Assembly (NCBI GenBank): GCA_041687695.1
Contig: JAWLBL010000004.1
Span: 224,001 to 288,000 of the forward strand
Source of the DNA: Myxococcota bacterium
GTDB taxonomy: Bacteria; Myxococcota_A; UBA9042; PHBI01; JAWLBL01
Direction of reading: 5' to 3'
DNA length: 64,000 nucleotides
The translations under genes were made by a program, and so were the position numbers. Below, one piece after another: positions 20,258 to 28,882 of the stretch (the stretch's first letter is position 1; each line of letters opens with the position of its first letter). The notes beneath the pieces were generated by a model, which saw only the letters and a list, made by a program, of their open reading frames with translations, ran no database searches and was not told where the DNA came from.

Positions 20258-22507
20258 TCACGGCAGGAAGAAGGTCGAGTCGTGGCTGCCCGTCGTGAAC
20301 GACCACTCGAACGACCCCGGCGTGCCGTTGCGCGAGTAGTCGATGAGCACCGTGTAGGTCGTGTTCGGGTCGAGCGGCGCGACCGGGTACAGGGCGATGA
20401 CGCCGCAGCACAGGTTCGAGTCGTCCTGCGGGTCGCTGGCCACGTGGACGATGGGCAGCCCGCTGTCGTTGTCGATGATCTCGCTGTTCTTCAGCGACAC
20501 GCCCGCCCAGGCCGTCGCCGACCCGAAGGTCACCGTCAGGATGGGCCCCGACGGGTAGGCCTCGCCCGGGGGCAGGGGCGGCTGCGGGCTCTCGAGGCCG
20601 TCCCACCAGGTCGGGACGTTCTTCATGCCGTCGATGGGGAAGGGCAGGATCTTGCCGTTGGCCTCGGGCTGCGGGTCGTTGTAGCCGCCGAAGTCGGCCG
20701 TGTCGCACTTGTTCAGCGCCTGCTGCGCGGCGCCGTAGCCCATGTGCTTGGCCAGCGGGACGATGAACGGGATGCGGTGGTACAGGGTCGCCACCCAGGC
20801 GTCGACCGACTTCACCGGGTCGTTCACGAAGGCCATGACCTCGAACATCGGCCAGCCCATCGCGCTGGTGTAGCCGGCATAGGTCATGCGGTCGGCGAAG
20901 CTCGCGCCGGTGAACAGCTCGGCGTACTCGGCCGACTCGTTGTGCGGCGAGAACCCCGTCTTGTACAGGGTCTGCGAGTGCTTGACGTAGTACTTGCAGT
21001 GGTTCTCGGCCGCCACGGCGATGGGCTCGCTGGGCACCAGCGGCGGCAGCTTCATCAGCGCCCGGTACTCGTTGGCGCGGTCGACCGCCAGGACGCCGCA
21101 GCCGTCGGGCGACACGACGTGCTTGCACTCGCCGGTCACGCCATCGCAGCTGTCGAGCGTGCACGGATCCCCGTCGCTGCAGGTCGCCGGCGTGCCCACG
21201 CAGCTGCCCTTCGAGCAGGTGTCGCCCGTCGTGCAAGGGTCCTCGTCGCTGCAGGCCTTGCCGTTGACGTCCGTCATCGCGCACTGCCCGGTCTCGGGCT
21301 GGCACTGGTTGGTCCGGCAGACCGTGTCGGCGCTGCCGTCGCACGCCTTCGGGGTGCCCTTGCACTTGCCGGCCGCGCACACGTCACCGGTCGTGCAGAG
21401 GCTGCCGTCGTCGCACCCCTTGGTGTTCGGCGTGAAGGTGCACCCGGTCGCCCCCGAGCAGCCGTCGTCCGTGCACGGGTTCGCGTCGTCGCACACCTTC
21501 GGCGCCGTCACGCACACCGCGGTGGCCGGCTCGCACACCGACGTCTCGCACGCGTTGCCCGGCACGCACTTGGGCCCACCCGCGCACGTCCCCTGCGCCG
21601 TGCACGCGTCGCCCACCGTACACTTGTCGCCGTCGTCGCACGCCAGCCCCACCGCCGGCGTGTGGACGCACCCGCCCCCCGGCGCGCAGGTGTCCGTCGT
21701 GCACGGGTTGCCGTCGTCGCAGCCCACCGCCGTCCCCAGGCACGACCCGTCCGCCTGGCAGGTGTCGTCGCCCGTGCACAGGTTGCCGTCGTTGCACGGC
21801 GCCCCGATCTCCAGCGTCCCCACGCACTCGCCGTCCACGCAGGTGTCGCCCTTGGTGCACGCGTCCACGTCGTCGCACGACCCGGTCCGCGGCAGGTGCA
21901 CGCACCCGACCCCCGGCACCGCCTGCGGGTGCGTCGGGTCGCACGAGTCCGTCGTGCACGGGTTCAGGTCGTTGCACAGGTTCGGCGTCCCCTTGCAGAC
22001 GCCCTCGACGCACTGGTCGTCGATGGTGCAGACGTTGCCGTCGTTGCACCCGGTGTTGCTGACCGGTTGCCCGACGCACGCGCCGTCCACGCACTTGTCG
22101 CTGATGGTGCACACGTCGCCGTCGCTACAGGCCTTGGTGTTGGGCGTGTGCACGCAGCCGACCCCGCTCTGGCAGGCGTCGTCGGTGCAGGGGTTGCCGT
22201 CGTCGCACTTGGCCACCGCGCCCGTGCACACGCCGTCGAGGCAGCGGTCGTTGTCGGTGCAGGGGTCCCCGTCGTCGCACGCGGCCAGCTGCGGCTTGCC
22301 GGCGCACCCGTCGTCGACCGGCCCGCCATCGCCCGAACCGGCCGTGTCGCCCCCGGCCGCGTCACCGCCGCCGACGTCCGCCGCCGCGTCCGGGGTCTTG
22401 GTCCCGTCGCCCGGACCCTCCTCGCCCGACCCGCCGCCGCAGGCCGCCAGCAGCGCCACCAGCGCCAACACGCCCACCCGGGCCCCGAACCCCTGCACGG
22501 TCCTCAT
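20258..22507 (-). CDS. Lipoprotein with ~15 CDDGNPCT-type Cys repeats, CAP/SCP domain and C-terminal Ig-like domain
   Basis: Lipobox LAAC; repeats; CAP motifs ANEYRALMKL, AAENH, HNE, WVATLYHR; C-terminal PLDPNTTYTV…WSFTT. Confidence 0.8.
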   Translation of the reverse strand: MRTVQGFGARVGVLALVALLAACGGGSGEEGPGDGTKTPDAAADVGGGDAAGGDTAGSGDGGPVDDGCAGKPQLAACDDGDPCTDNDRCLDGVCTGAVAKCDDGNPCTDDACQSGVGCVHTPNTKACSDGDVCTISDKCVDGACVGQPVSNTGCNDGNVCTIDDQCVEGVCKGTPNLCNDLNPCTTDSCDPTHPQAVPGVGCVHLPRTGSCDDVDACTKGDTCVDGECVGTLEIGAPCNDGNLCTGDDTCQADGSCLGTAVGCDDGNPCTTDTCAPGGGCVHTPAVGLACDDGDKCTVGDACTAQGTCAGGPKCVPGNACETSVCEPATAVCVTAPKVCDDANPCTDDGCSGATGCTFTPNTKGCDDGSLCTTGDVCAAGKCKGTPKACDGSADTVCRTNQCQPETGQCAMTDVNGKACSDEDPCTTGDTCSKGSCVGTPATCSDGDPCTLDSCDGVTGECKHVVSPDGCGVLAVDRANEYRALMKLPPLVPSEPIAVAAENHCKYYVKHSQTLYKTGFSPHNESAEYAELFTGASFADRMTYAGYTSAMGWPMFEVMAFVNDPVKSVDAWVATLYHRIPFIVPLAKHMGYGAAQQALNKCDTADFGGYNDPQPEANGKILPFPIDGMKNVPTWWDGLESPQPPLPPGEAYPSGPILTVTFGSATAWAGVSLKNSEIIDNDSGLPIVHVASDPQDDSNLCCGVIALYPVAPLDPNTTYTVLIDYSRNGTPGSFEWSFTTGSHDSTFFLP

Positions 22508-22660
22508 CCTGGCACCACCCTGCTCCGCGACAGCCCCGGCTCGCCGCCCAGGCGGCCCTCGAACCGGCCCACCTTGATAGCGGGCCCCGCCCCGGCAGGC
22601 AAACCCCTTCGCGCGCGTTCGCCTTGCGGCGCCCCGGGGCCGCTGACATGATGCGCGGCC

Positions 22661-23227
22661 ATGTCGTCCGCTCGCCTCGCGCTCGCCGCCCTCGCCGCTC
22701 CCCTGCTCTGTGCCCTGGCCGCGGCCGGCTGCGAGCTGCCCCAGGACAAAAAGGGCAACCCCACGGACGCCTCCGAGGACGGCGCCGACACCAAGGGCGG
22801 CGCGCCGCGCGACTTCCGGCTGCTGCGCATCGTCGATCTGGGCGGCACCACCGACGAGGCCGCGCCCGGCGCGGACATCGACGCCATCGTCGTCTTCCGC
22901 GACGAGGTCTTCCTGGCGGCCGGCTGCACGCAGGCCACGCTCTTCGGCGCCGACCTCGATCTCCACGGCGGCAACCCGCTCCTCGACCCGGCCGGCGCGA
23001 CCCTCACCGTGCGCGAGCAGTCGACCAAGGGCGGCTTCGTCAGCCTGGGCAAGGGGACCCTGCTCTGCGAGCTGCCGGTCCTCGTCCGCACCGGCGACGT
23101 CATCGCCGTCTGGGAGGCCGAGGGCGACGGGCGCGACCGCTGGCGCGCGGGCGTGGCCGCCTCGGCCGACGACAGCTTCGAGACCATCGGCGACTTCGAG
23201 GGCACCGCCAGCTTCGTCGTGCCCTGA
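22661..23227 (+). CDS. Hypothetical lipoprotein, possible beta-sandwich cell-surface domain
   Basis: Lipobox AAGC; motifs LLRIVD…GADIDAI and FVSLG. Confidence 0.65.
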   Translation: MSSARLALAALAAPLLCALAAAGCELPQDKKGNPTDASEDGADTKGGAPRDFRLLRIVDLGGTTDEAAPGADIDAIVVFRDEVFLAAGCTQATLFGADLDLHGGNPLLDPAGATLTVREQSTKGGFVSLGKGTLLCELPVLVRTGDVIAVWEAEGDGRDRWRAGVAASADDSFETIGDFEGTASFVVP

Positions 23228-23361
23228 ACCCGCCCCTCCGCCGACCTCGACGTAACCCCGGCTGAACCTTGGCGGGGTTCGGCGCGTTGTGGTACAGCCC
23301 GCGGACCCTGCGCGGCGGCCCGACTTGTGGCACGACGCGTCACCGTCAGAGGATGCACTCC

Positions 23362-25365
23362 ATGGCCCGGACCCCGTCGAGATCCCAATTCGTCCCCAAG
23401 CACCTCGCGATCATCGGCGGCGTCGCCGCCCTGGTCGTCGGCGTCGTCGCCGGCCGCGTGACGGCCCCCAAGCCCGGCGACGCCGGCCCCGAGCTGGTCG
23501 GCCCCGCCGGCGACGGCTCGATGGGCGGCGGCACCTACACCGAGAAGAAGGTCGAGCTCGAGGCCTCGCCCTACAAGGGCCCCGAGGACGCGCCCGTCGT
23601 GATCTACGAGATCAGCGAGTTCCAGTGCCCCTTCTGCTCGCGGGTCGGCCCGACCATCGATCAGATTGCGCAGACCTGGCCCAACGACGTGCGCATCGTC
23701 TTCAAGCACAACCCGCTGAGCTTCCACAAGGAGGCCCGCCTCGCCGCGATCGCCTCGATGGCGGCGGCGCGCCAGGGGCACTTCTGGAAGTACCACGACA
23801 CGCTCTTCGCCAACCAGAAGGCCCTCAAGAAGGACGACCTCATCAAGTACGCGACCGATCTGGGGATGGACATCGAGCAGTTCAAGAAGGACCTCGACGA
23901 CCCCAAGCTCGCCCAGAAGGTCGACAGCGATCAGGCCGCCGCGGTGGCGGTCGGCGCCACCGGCACGCCGGCCTTCTTCGTCAACGGCGTGAACCTGTCG
24001 GGCGCCAAGCCCTTCGAAGAGTTCAAGGCCGAGATCGAAAAGCAGCTCGAGAAGGCCAAGGCCCTCGAGGCGCAGGGCGTCGAGCGCAAGGCCATCGCCC
24101 GCCGGCTGACGGCCCAGAACGGCGCGTCGCAGGTCCTCAAGTACATCGTCGACGAGGTCCCGGCGCCCAAGGTCGAGCAGAAGGCCGCGGCGGCCCCCGG
24201 CGACGACACCAAGACCGTGTGGAAGGTGCCGGTCGACGTCGACAAGGACGGCCTCAAGGGGCCCAAGCACGCGCTGGTGACCATCGTCGAGTTCAGCGAG
24301 TTCCAGTGCCCCTTCTGCGCCAAGGTCCTGCCGACCCTCAAGCAGATCGAGGAGGCGTACGGCGACAAGGTCCGCGTCGTCTTCAAGCACAACCCGCTGT
24401 CCTTCCACCCCGACGCCCCGCTGGCGGCGCAGGCGGCGCTGGCGGCTCGCGCCCAGGGCAAGTTCTGGGAGATGCACGATCTGCTCTTCCAGGACACCCA
24501 GAAGCTCAAGCGCCCCGACCTCGAGGCCTACGCCGAGGAGCTCGGCCTGGACATGGCCGCCTTCAACAAGGCGCTGGACGAGGGCACCTACAAGGACCAG
24601 GTCGCCGCCGACCAGGCCATCGCCGAGGCCGTGCAGGCCCAGGGCACCCCGAACTTCTTCGTCAACGGGCGCAAGCTCACCGGCGCCAAGCCCTTCGAGG
24701 ACTTCAAGGAGGTCATCGACGAGGAGATCGCCAAGAGCGAGAAGCTCGTCGCCGGCGGCACCTCGATGGAGGCGCTGTACGACCGCATCATCAAGAACGG
24801 CAAGATCTTCAACCCGCTCGACGACAAGGTGGTCGCCATCGACACCAAGGGCGCGGCCTCGCTGGGCAAAGAGAACGCCCGCATCACCATCGTCGAGTAC
24901 AGCGACTTCGAGTGCCCGTTCTGCAGCCGCGTGGGCGACCCGCTCAAGCAGCTGATGAAGAAGTACCCGGACGACGTGCGCATCGTCTTCAAGCACTTCC
25001 CGCTGAACTTCCACAAGAAGGCGCAGAAGGCGTCGGAGGCCTCGCTGGCCGCCAACGCCCAGGGGCGCTTTTGGGACATGCACGACATCATGTTCCAGAA
25101 CCAGAAGGCGCTCGACGTCGACAAGCTGCACCTGTACGCCGAGCAGCTCGGCCTGGATCTGGCCAAGTTCAAGGCGGAGCTGGACGGCAACAAGTACGCC
25201 GACCAGGTCAAGGCCGACATCGCCGAGGGCAACCGCATCGGCGTGCGCGGCACCCCCAGCGTCTTCATCAACGGCCGCAAGTACTCGCCCAGCGGCGGCT
25301 ACACGGTCGAGTCGCTCGAGAAGCTGCTCGCCAAGGAGTTCGGGCTTTCGGCCTCGGCCAAGTAG
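23362..25365 (+). CDS. Membrane-anchored protein with three tandem DsbA/thioredoxin domains
   Basis: One N-terminal TM segment; three EFQ/DFE-CPFC motifs, each with VFKHxPL and GTP cis-Pro motif. Confidence 0.92.
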   Translation: MARTPSRSQFVPKHLAIIGGVAALVVGVVAGRVTAPKPGDAGPELVGPAGDGSMGGGTYTEKKVELEASPYKGPEDAPVVIYEISEFQCPFCSRVGPTIDQIAQTWPNDVRIVFKHNPLSFHKEARLAAIASMAAARQGHFWKYHDTLFANQKALKKDDLIKYATDLGMDIEQFKKDLDDPKLAQKVDSDQAAAVAVGATGTPAFFVNGVNLSGAKPFEEFKAEIEKQLEKAKALEAQGVERKAIARRLTAQNGASQVLKYIVDEVPAPKVEQKAAAAPGDDTKTVWKVPVDVDKDGLKGPKHALVTIVEFSEFQCPFCAKVLPTLKQIEEAYGDKVRVVFKHNPLSFHPDAPLAAQAALAARAQGKFWEMHDLLFQDTQKLKRPDLEAYAEELGLDMAAFNKALDEGTYKDQVAADQAIAEAVQAQGTPNFFVNGRKLTGAKPFEDFKEVIDEEIAKSEKLVAGGTSMEALYDRIIKNGKIFNPLDDKVVAIDTKGAASLGKENARITIVEYSDFECPFCSRVGDPLKQLMKKYPDDVRIVFKHFPLNFHKKAQKASEASLAANAQGRFWDMHDIMFQNQKALDVDKLHLYAEQLGLDLAKFKAELDGNKYADQVKADIAEGNRIGVRGTPSVFINGRKYSPSGGYTVESLEKLLAKEFGLSASAK

Positions 25366-25481
25366 CCTGAACGCCTGAGCTTTCGTTCCGCGCGTCGCGG
25401 CGGGTGGGCCCTCACGGGGTCTGCCCGCCGCGCTCGTGTTTTCGGCGCCCACCTACCCCCTCGTCCCGCAAGGAGCCCCGC

Positions 25482-26306
25482 GTGTCCGACGTCCGCCCCC
25501 TCATCGAGCAGGCCTGGTCCGACCGTTCGCTGCTGCAGCGCCCCGACGTCCGCCAGGCCGTCGAGCACGTCATCGACGCCCTCGACCGGGGCGAGCTGCG
25601 GGTGGCCAACCCGCCCGAGGCGGCGGGCGGCGACTGGACGGTCAACGCCTGGGTCAAGCAGGCCGTGCTGCTGTACTTCGGCGTGCAGCAGATGGAGACG
25701 GTAGAGGTCGGGCCCTTCGAGTACCACGACAAGATCCCGCTCAAGCGCGACTACGCGGCCGCGGGCGTGCGCGTGGTCCCGCCGGCGGTGGCGCGGCGCG
25801 GGGCGTTCATCGAGCGCGGCGCCATCCTGATGCCGTCCTACGTCAACATCGGCGCCTGGGTCGGCTCGGGCACCATGGTCGACACCTGGGCGACGGTTGG
25901 CTCCTGCGCCCAGATCGGCCGCAACGTGCACCTGTCGGGCGGCGTCGGCATCGGCGGGGTGCTCGAGCCCCCCAGCGCGACCCCGGTCATCGTCGAGGAC
26001 GGCGCCTTCGTCGGCAGCCGCTGCATCGTGGTCGAGGGCGTGCGCGTCGGCGCCGAGGCGGTCCTGGGCGCGGGCGTGGTGCTGACCGCCTCGACCCGCA
26101 TCATCGACGTGTCCGGCCCCGAGCCGCGCGAGCACCGCGGCCAGGTCCCCGCGCGCGCCGTGGTCATCCCGGGCAGCATCCCCAAGGACTTCCCCGCGGG
26201 CAGCTACCACGTCCCGGCGGCGCTCATCATCGGGCAACGCAAAGAGAGCACCGACAAGAAGACCAGCCTCAACGACGCGCTGCGCGACTTCGGCGTCAGC
26301 GTCTGA
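25482..26306 (+). CDS. dapD: 2,3,4,5-tetrahydropyridine-2,6-dicarboxylate N-succinyltransferase
   Basis: LDRGELRVA, YHDKIPLK, MPSYVNIGA, MVDTWATVGSCAQIG, HLSGGVGIGGVLEP, KTSLNDALR; GTG start after AAGGAG. Confidence 0.95.
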   Translation: MSDVRPLIEQAWSDRSLLQRPDVRQAVEHVIDALDRGELRVANPPEAAGGDWTVNAWVKQAVLLYFGVQQMETVEVGPFEYHDKIPLKRDYAAAGVRVVPPAVARRGAFIERGAILMPSYVNIGAWVGSGTMVDTWATVGSCAQIGRNVHLSGGVGIGGVLEPPSATPVIVEDGAFVGSRCIVVEGVRVGAEAVLGAGVVLTASTRIIDVSGPEPREHRGQVPARAVVIPGSIPKDFPAGSYHVPAALIIGQRKESTDKKTSLNDALRDFGVSV

Positions 26307-26313
26307 GGCCGCG

Positions 26314-27414
26314 ATGACGCTCCGTACCCCCGCCCATCGGGCCGACCTCCGTGACGCGCTGGTCGCGACCACCTTGGATCTGGTGCGCATCCCGTCGGTC
26401 ATCGGCGACGAGGCCGCCGTCTGCGACCACGTCGAGCAGCGCCTGCTGACGCGGCTGCCGCGCGAGGCGGTCACCCGCTACTCGCACAGCCTCATCGTCA
26501 CGCCCGGCCCGCGCCGGCCCGACCGCCCGACCGTCGGCCTGGTCGGCCACCTGGACACGGTCGCGCCCCGCCAGGACACCGACGTCGCCGTCGAGGGCGA
26601 GCGCATCCTGGGCTGCGGCGTCAGCGACATGAAGGCGGGCCTGGCGGTCATGCTCGAGCTGCTCGAGCGCCTCGACCTCGAGCGGCTGGGCGTCAACCTG
26701 ACCCTGGTCTTCTACGAGCGCGAGGAGGGGCCCTACGCCGAAAACGGCCTGCAGCCGCTGCTCGAGCAGTTCCCGATCCTGCGCGACATCGACCTGGCCT
26801 TCTGCCTCGAGCCCTCGGACAACCGCGTGCAGATGGGCAGCATGGGCTGCATCCACGCCACGCTGACCTTCCACGGGCGCCGCGCCCACTCGGCCCGCCC
26901 CTGGCAGGGCGACAACGCGATCCACAAGGCGGGCGCGCTGCTGGCCGAGCTGCACGGCCGCGAGCGGGTGCCGGTCCACTTCGACGGGCTGACCTTCTTC
27001 GAGGTCATGTCGGTCACCATGGTCCAGGCGTCCGGCACGCGGAACGTCATCCCGGACCACTTCGCGATGAACCTGAACTATCGGTTCGCCCCCGGCAAGT
27101 CGCTCGAGGCCGCCCAGGCCGACATCGAGCAGGTCGTCGCCGGGCGGGCCGACATCACCTGGACCGATCTCAGCCCCTCGGGGCCGGTCTGCGCGGGCAA
27201 CCCGCTGCTGCGGCCGCTGCTCGAGCGGCCGGGGATCGTGGTCGAGTCCAAGCAGGCCTGGACCGACGTGGCGCGGCTGGGCCTGTTCGGCATCGACGCG
27301 GTCAACCTCGGGCCTGGCGAGTCGGTGCAGGCGCACCAGCGCAACGAGTCGTGCGCGGTCGAGCTCATCGTGCAGGGCTACGAGCTGTTCGAGGCCTACC
27401 TGCTGGCGCTCTAG
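26314..27414 (+). CDS. dapE: Succinyl-diaminopimelate desuccinylase (M20 family)
   Basis: GHLDTV, DMK, EE, EP, HSARPWQGDNAIH, WTDVAR, AHQRNE; follows dapD. Confidence 0.88.
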   Translation: MTLRTPAHRADLRDALVATTLDLVRIPSVIGDEAAVCDHVEQRLLTRLPREAVTRYSHSLIVTPGPRRPDRPTVGLVGHLDTVAPRQDTDVAVEGERILGCGVSDMKAGLAVMLELLERLDLERLGVNLTLVFYEREEGPYAENGLQPLLEQFPILRDIDLAFCLEPSDNRVQMGSMGCIHATLTFHGRRAHSARPWQGDNAIHKAGALLAELHGRERVPVHFDGLTFFEVMSVTMVQASGTRNVIPDHFAMNLNYRFAPGKSLEAAQADIEQVVAGRADITWTDLSPSGPVCAGNPLLRPLLERPGIVVESKQAWTDVARLGLFGIDAVNLGPGESVQAHQRNESCAVELIVQGYELFEAYLLAL

Positions 27415-27419
27415 GAAAG

Positions 27420-27474
27420 GAAAAGGGGTCAGGTCTAATCATTTGTGACAAATGATTAGACCTGACCCCTTTTC
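27420..27474. repeat. Perfect 27-bp inverted repeat (REP/MITE-like), likely acting as a bidirectional terminator
   Basis: gaaaaggggtcaggtctaatcatttgt-g-acaaatgattagacctgaccccttttc between convergent genes, flanked by purine and pyrimidine tracts. Confidence 0.85.
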
Positions 27475-27489
27475 TCTTTTCTTCTTCTT

Positions 27490-28269
27490 TCACTCGCCGT
27501 CGTCGAGCAGGCCCTCCAGCTCGGGATCCATCTGACGCGCCGTGCCGGGCTTCTTGCCCCCGCGGCGCGCGTCCACCTGCGTCGCCAGGGCGACGTCCTC
27601 GATGACCAGCTGGTCGCCGTGGTACAGGCGGCGCAGCTCGGCCAGCCGCAAGCGCAGCTTCTGCCCGGTCCAGGTAGCGGTCTCGGGCTGCGGATCGGTG
27701 CCGGCGGTGGCCGCGGTCAGCTCGGGCGTGCCGAAGTCGCGCGTCCAGGCGGCGACCCGCTCGCCGAAGGGCTCGGCCGGCTTGAAGGCGCGGGCGACCT
27801 TGTACAGCTTGCCTTGGGTGAAGAAGAGGTAGTGGGTCACCTCGCCGTCCTTGAACAGCAGGACCGACTCTCCGGCGCCGTCGACGAACTCGCCGGCGAC
27901 GATGCTGGCCTCGAGCCCCGAGCGGCCGCCCTCGAAGGGGATGACGGCCTGCCGCACCCGCGCCAGCTCGTCGTCCAGGGCCTTGCGCAAGGTCATCCGC
28001 TCGGCGTCGTCGAGCGCGGCCTTCAGCCGCGGGCCGTAGGTGGCGTCGAGGCGGGCGCGGACCCAGGTCATCACCGCGTCGAGATCGCCGCCGAAGGGCA
28101 GCTTGTCGTAGGCGGCGTCCAGCAGGCCCAGGCGCAGCTCGGCGGCGCGAGCGGCGGCGGGCGCGGGCTTGGGTTTGGCCTTGGGCCGGGCCCAGGCGGC
28201 GGGCGAGGGGAGGGCGAGGGCGGTGGCGAGGGCGGCGGCGGCCGAGAGCCGGACGAGAGCGGTGCGCAT
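27490..28269 (-). CDS. Hypothetical secreted protein (259 aa)
   Basis: Signal peptide …PAAWA; GC3-biased codon usage; no family recognised. Confidence 0.7.
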   Translation of the reverse strand: MRTALVRLSAAAALATALALPSPAAWARPKAKPKPAPAAARAAELRLGLLDAAYDKLPFGGDLDAVMTWVRARLDATYGPRLKAALDDAERMTLRKALDDELARVRQAVIPFEGGRSGLEASIVAGEFVDGAGESVLLFKDGEVTHYLFFTQGKLYKVARAFKPAEPFGERVAAWTRDFGTPELTAATAGTDPQPETATWTGQKLRLRLAELRRLYHGDQLVIEDVALATQVDARRGGKKPGTARQMDPELEGLLDDGE

Positions 28270-28415
28270 GGGGAGCCCCGAAGGCCACGGAAGGTGGCGT
28301 ATTCGCATGGAACACGGAGCCTATGTCCGGCCGCGCCTCGTTGCAAAGGGCCGGCCGGCAACGGTAGGGCGGGACGGCGCCCCCCGGGCCCGAGAGGGGG
28401 GCAGGGGGGCTCGAC

Positions 28416-28767
28416 GCGTGGTCGACCCCCAGCGCTGGAGGTCTGGAGGTCGCCGCCGGGTGGTCGACCACCGGGTCTTGGGGGTCTGGAGGTCGAAGCG
28501 AGGGTGGTCGACCACCGGGTCTTCGGGGTCTGGAGGTCGAAGCGAGGGTGGTCGACCACCGGGTCTTGGGGGTCTGGAGGTCGAAGCGAGGGTGGTCGAC
28601 CACCGGGTCTTGGGGGTCTGGAGGTCGAAGCGAGGGTGGTCGACCACCGGGTCTTGGGGGTCTGGAGGTCGAAGCGAGGGTGGTCGACCACCGGGCCGAG
28701 GGGTCCCGCCCCCTCCGACGGGTGGTCGACCACCGGGCCGAGGGGGCCCGACCCCTCCGACGGGTGG
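28416..28767. repeat. Tandem array of ~8 units (42-44 bp), seven carrying the intact 14-bp palindrome GGTGGTCGACCACC
   Basis: Five near-identical 44-bp units start at 28458, 28502, 28546, 28590, 28634; two 42-bp variants at 28678 and 28720; one degenerate unit near 28416. Confidence 0.95.
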
Positions 28768-28882
28768 GTTCCGGCGCTCTGGACTTCGCGCTGACCGTGG
28801 CCCCGGCACGGCCGGCAGTTGACAGGCCGCGCGCTTGCGTGTTGAACCGAGGCCTCCCGAACGACCGACACGGAGCGCGCCC

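Noticed and set aside
28416..28767. CRISPR array interpretation of the palindromic repeats
   Set aside because: The intervening sequences are identical or near-identical rather than unique, the conserved core is only ~18 nt, there is no AT-rich leader, and no cas genes lie in the window
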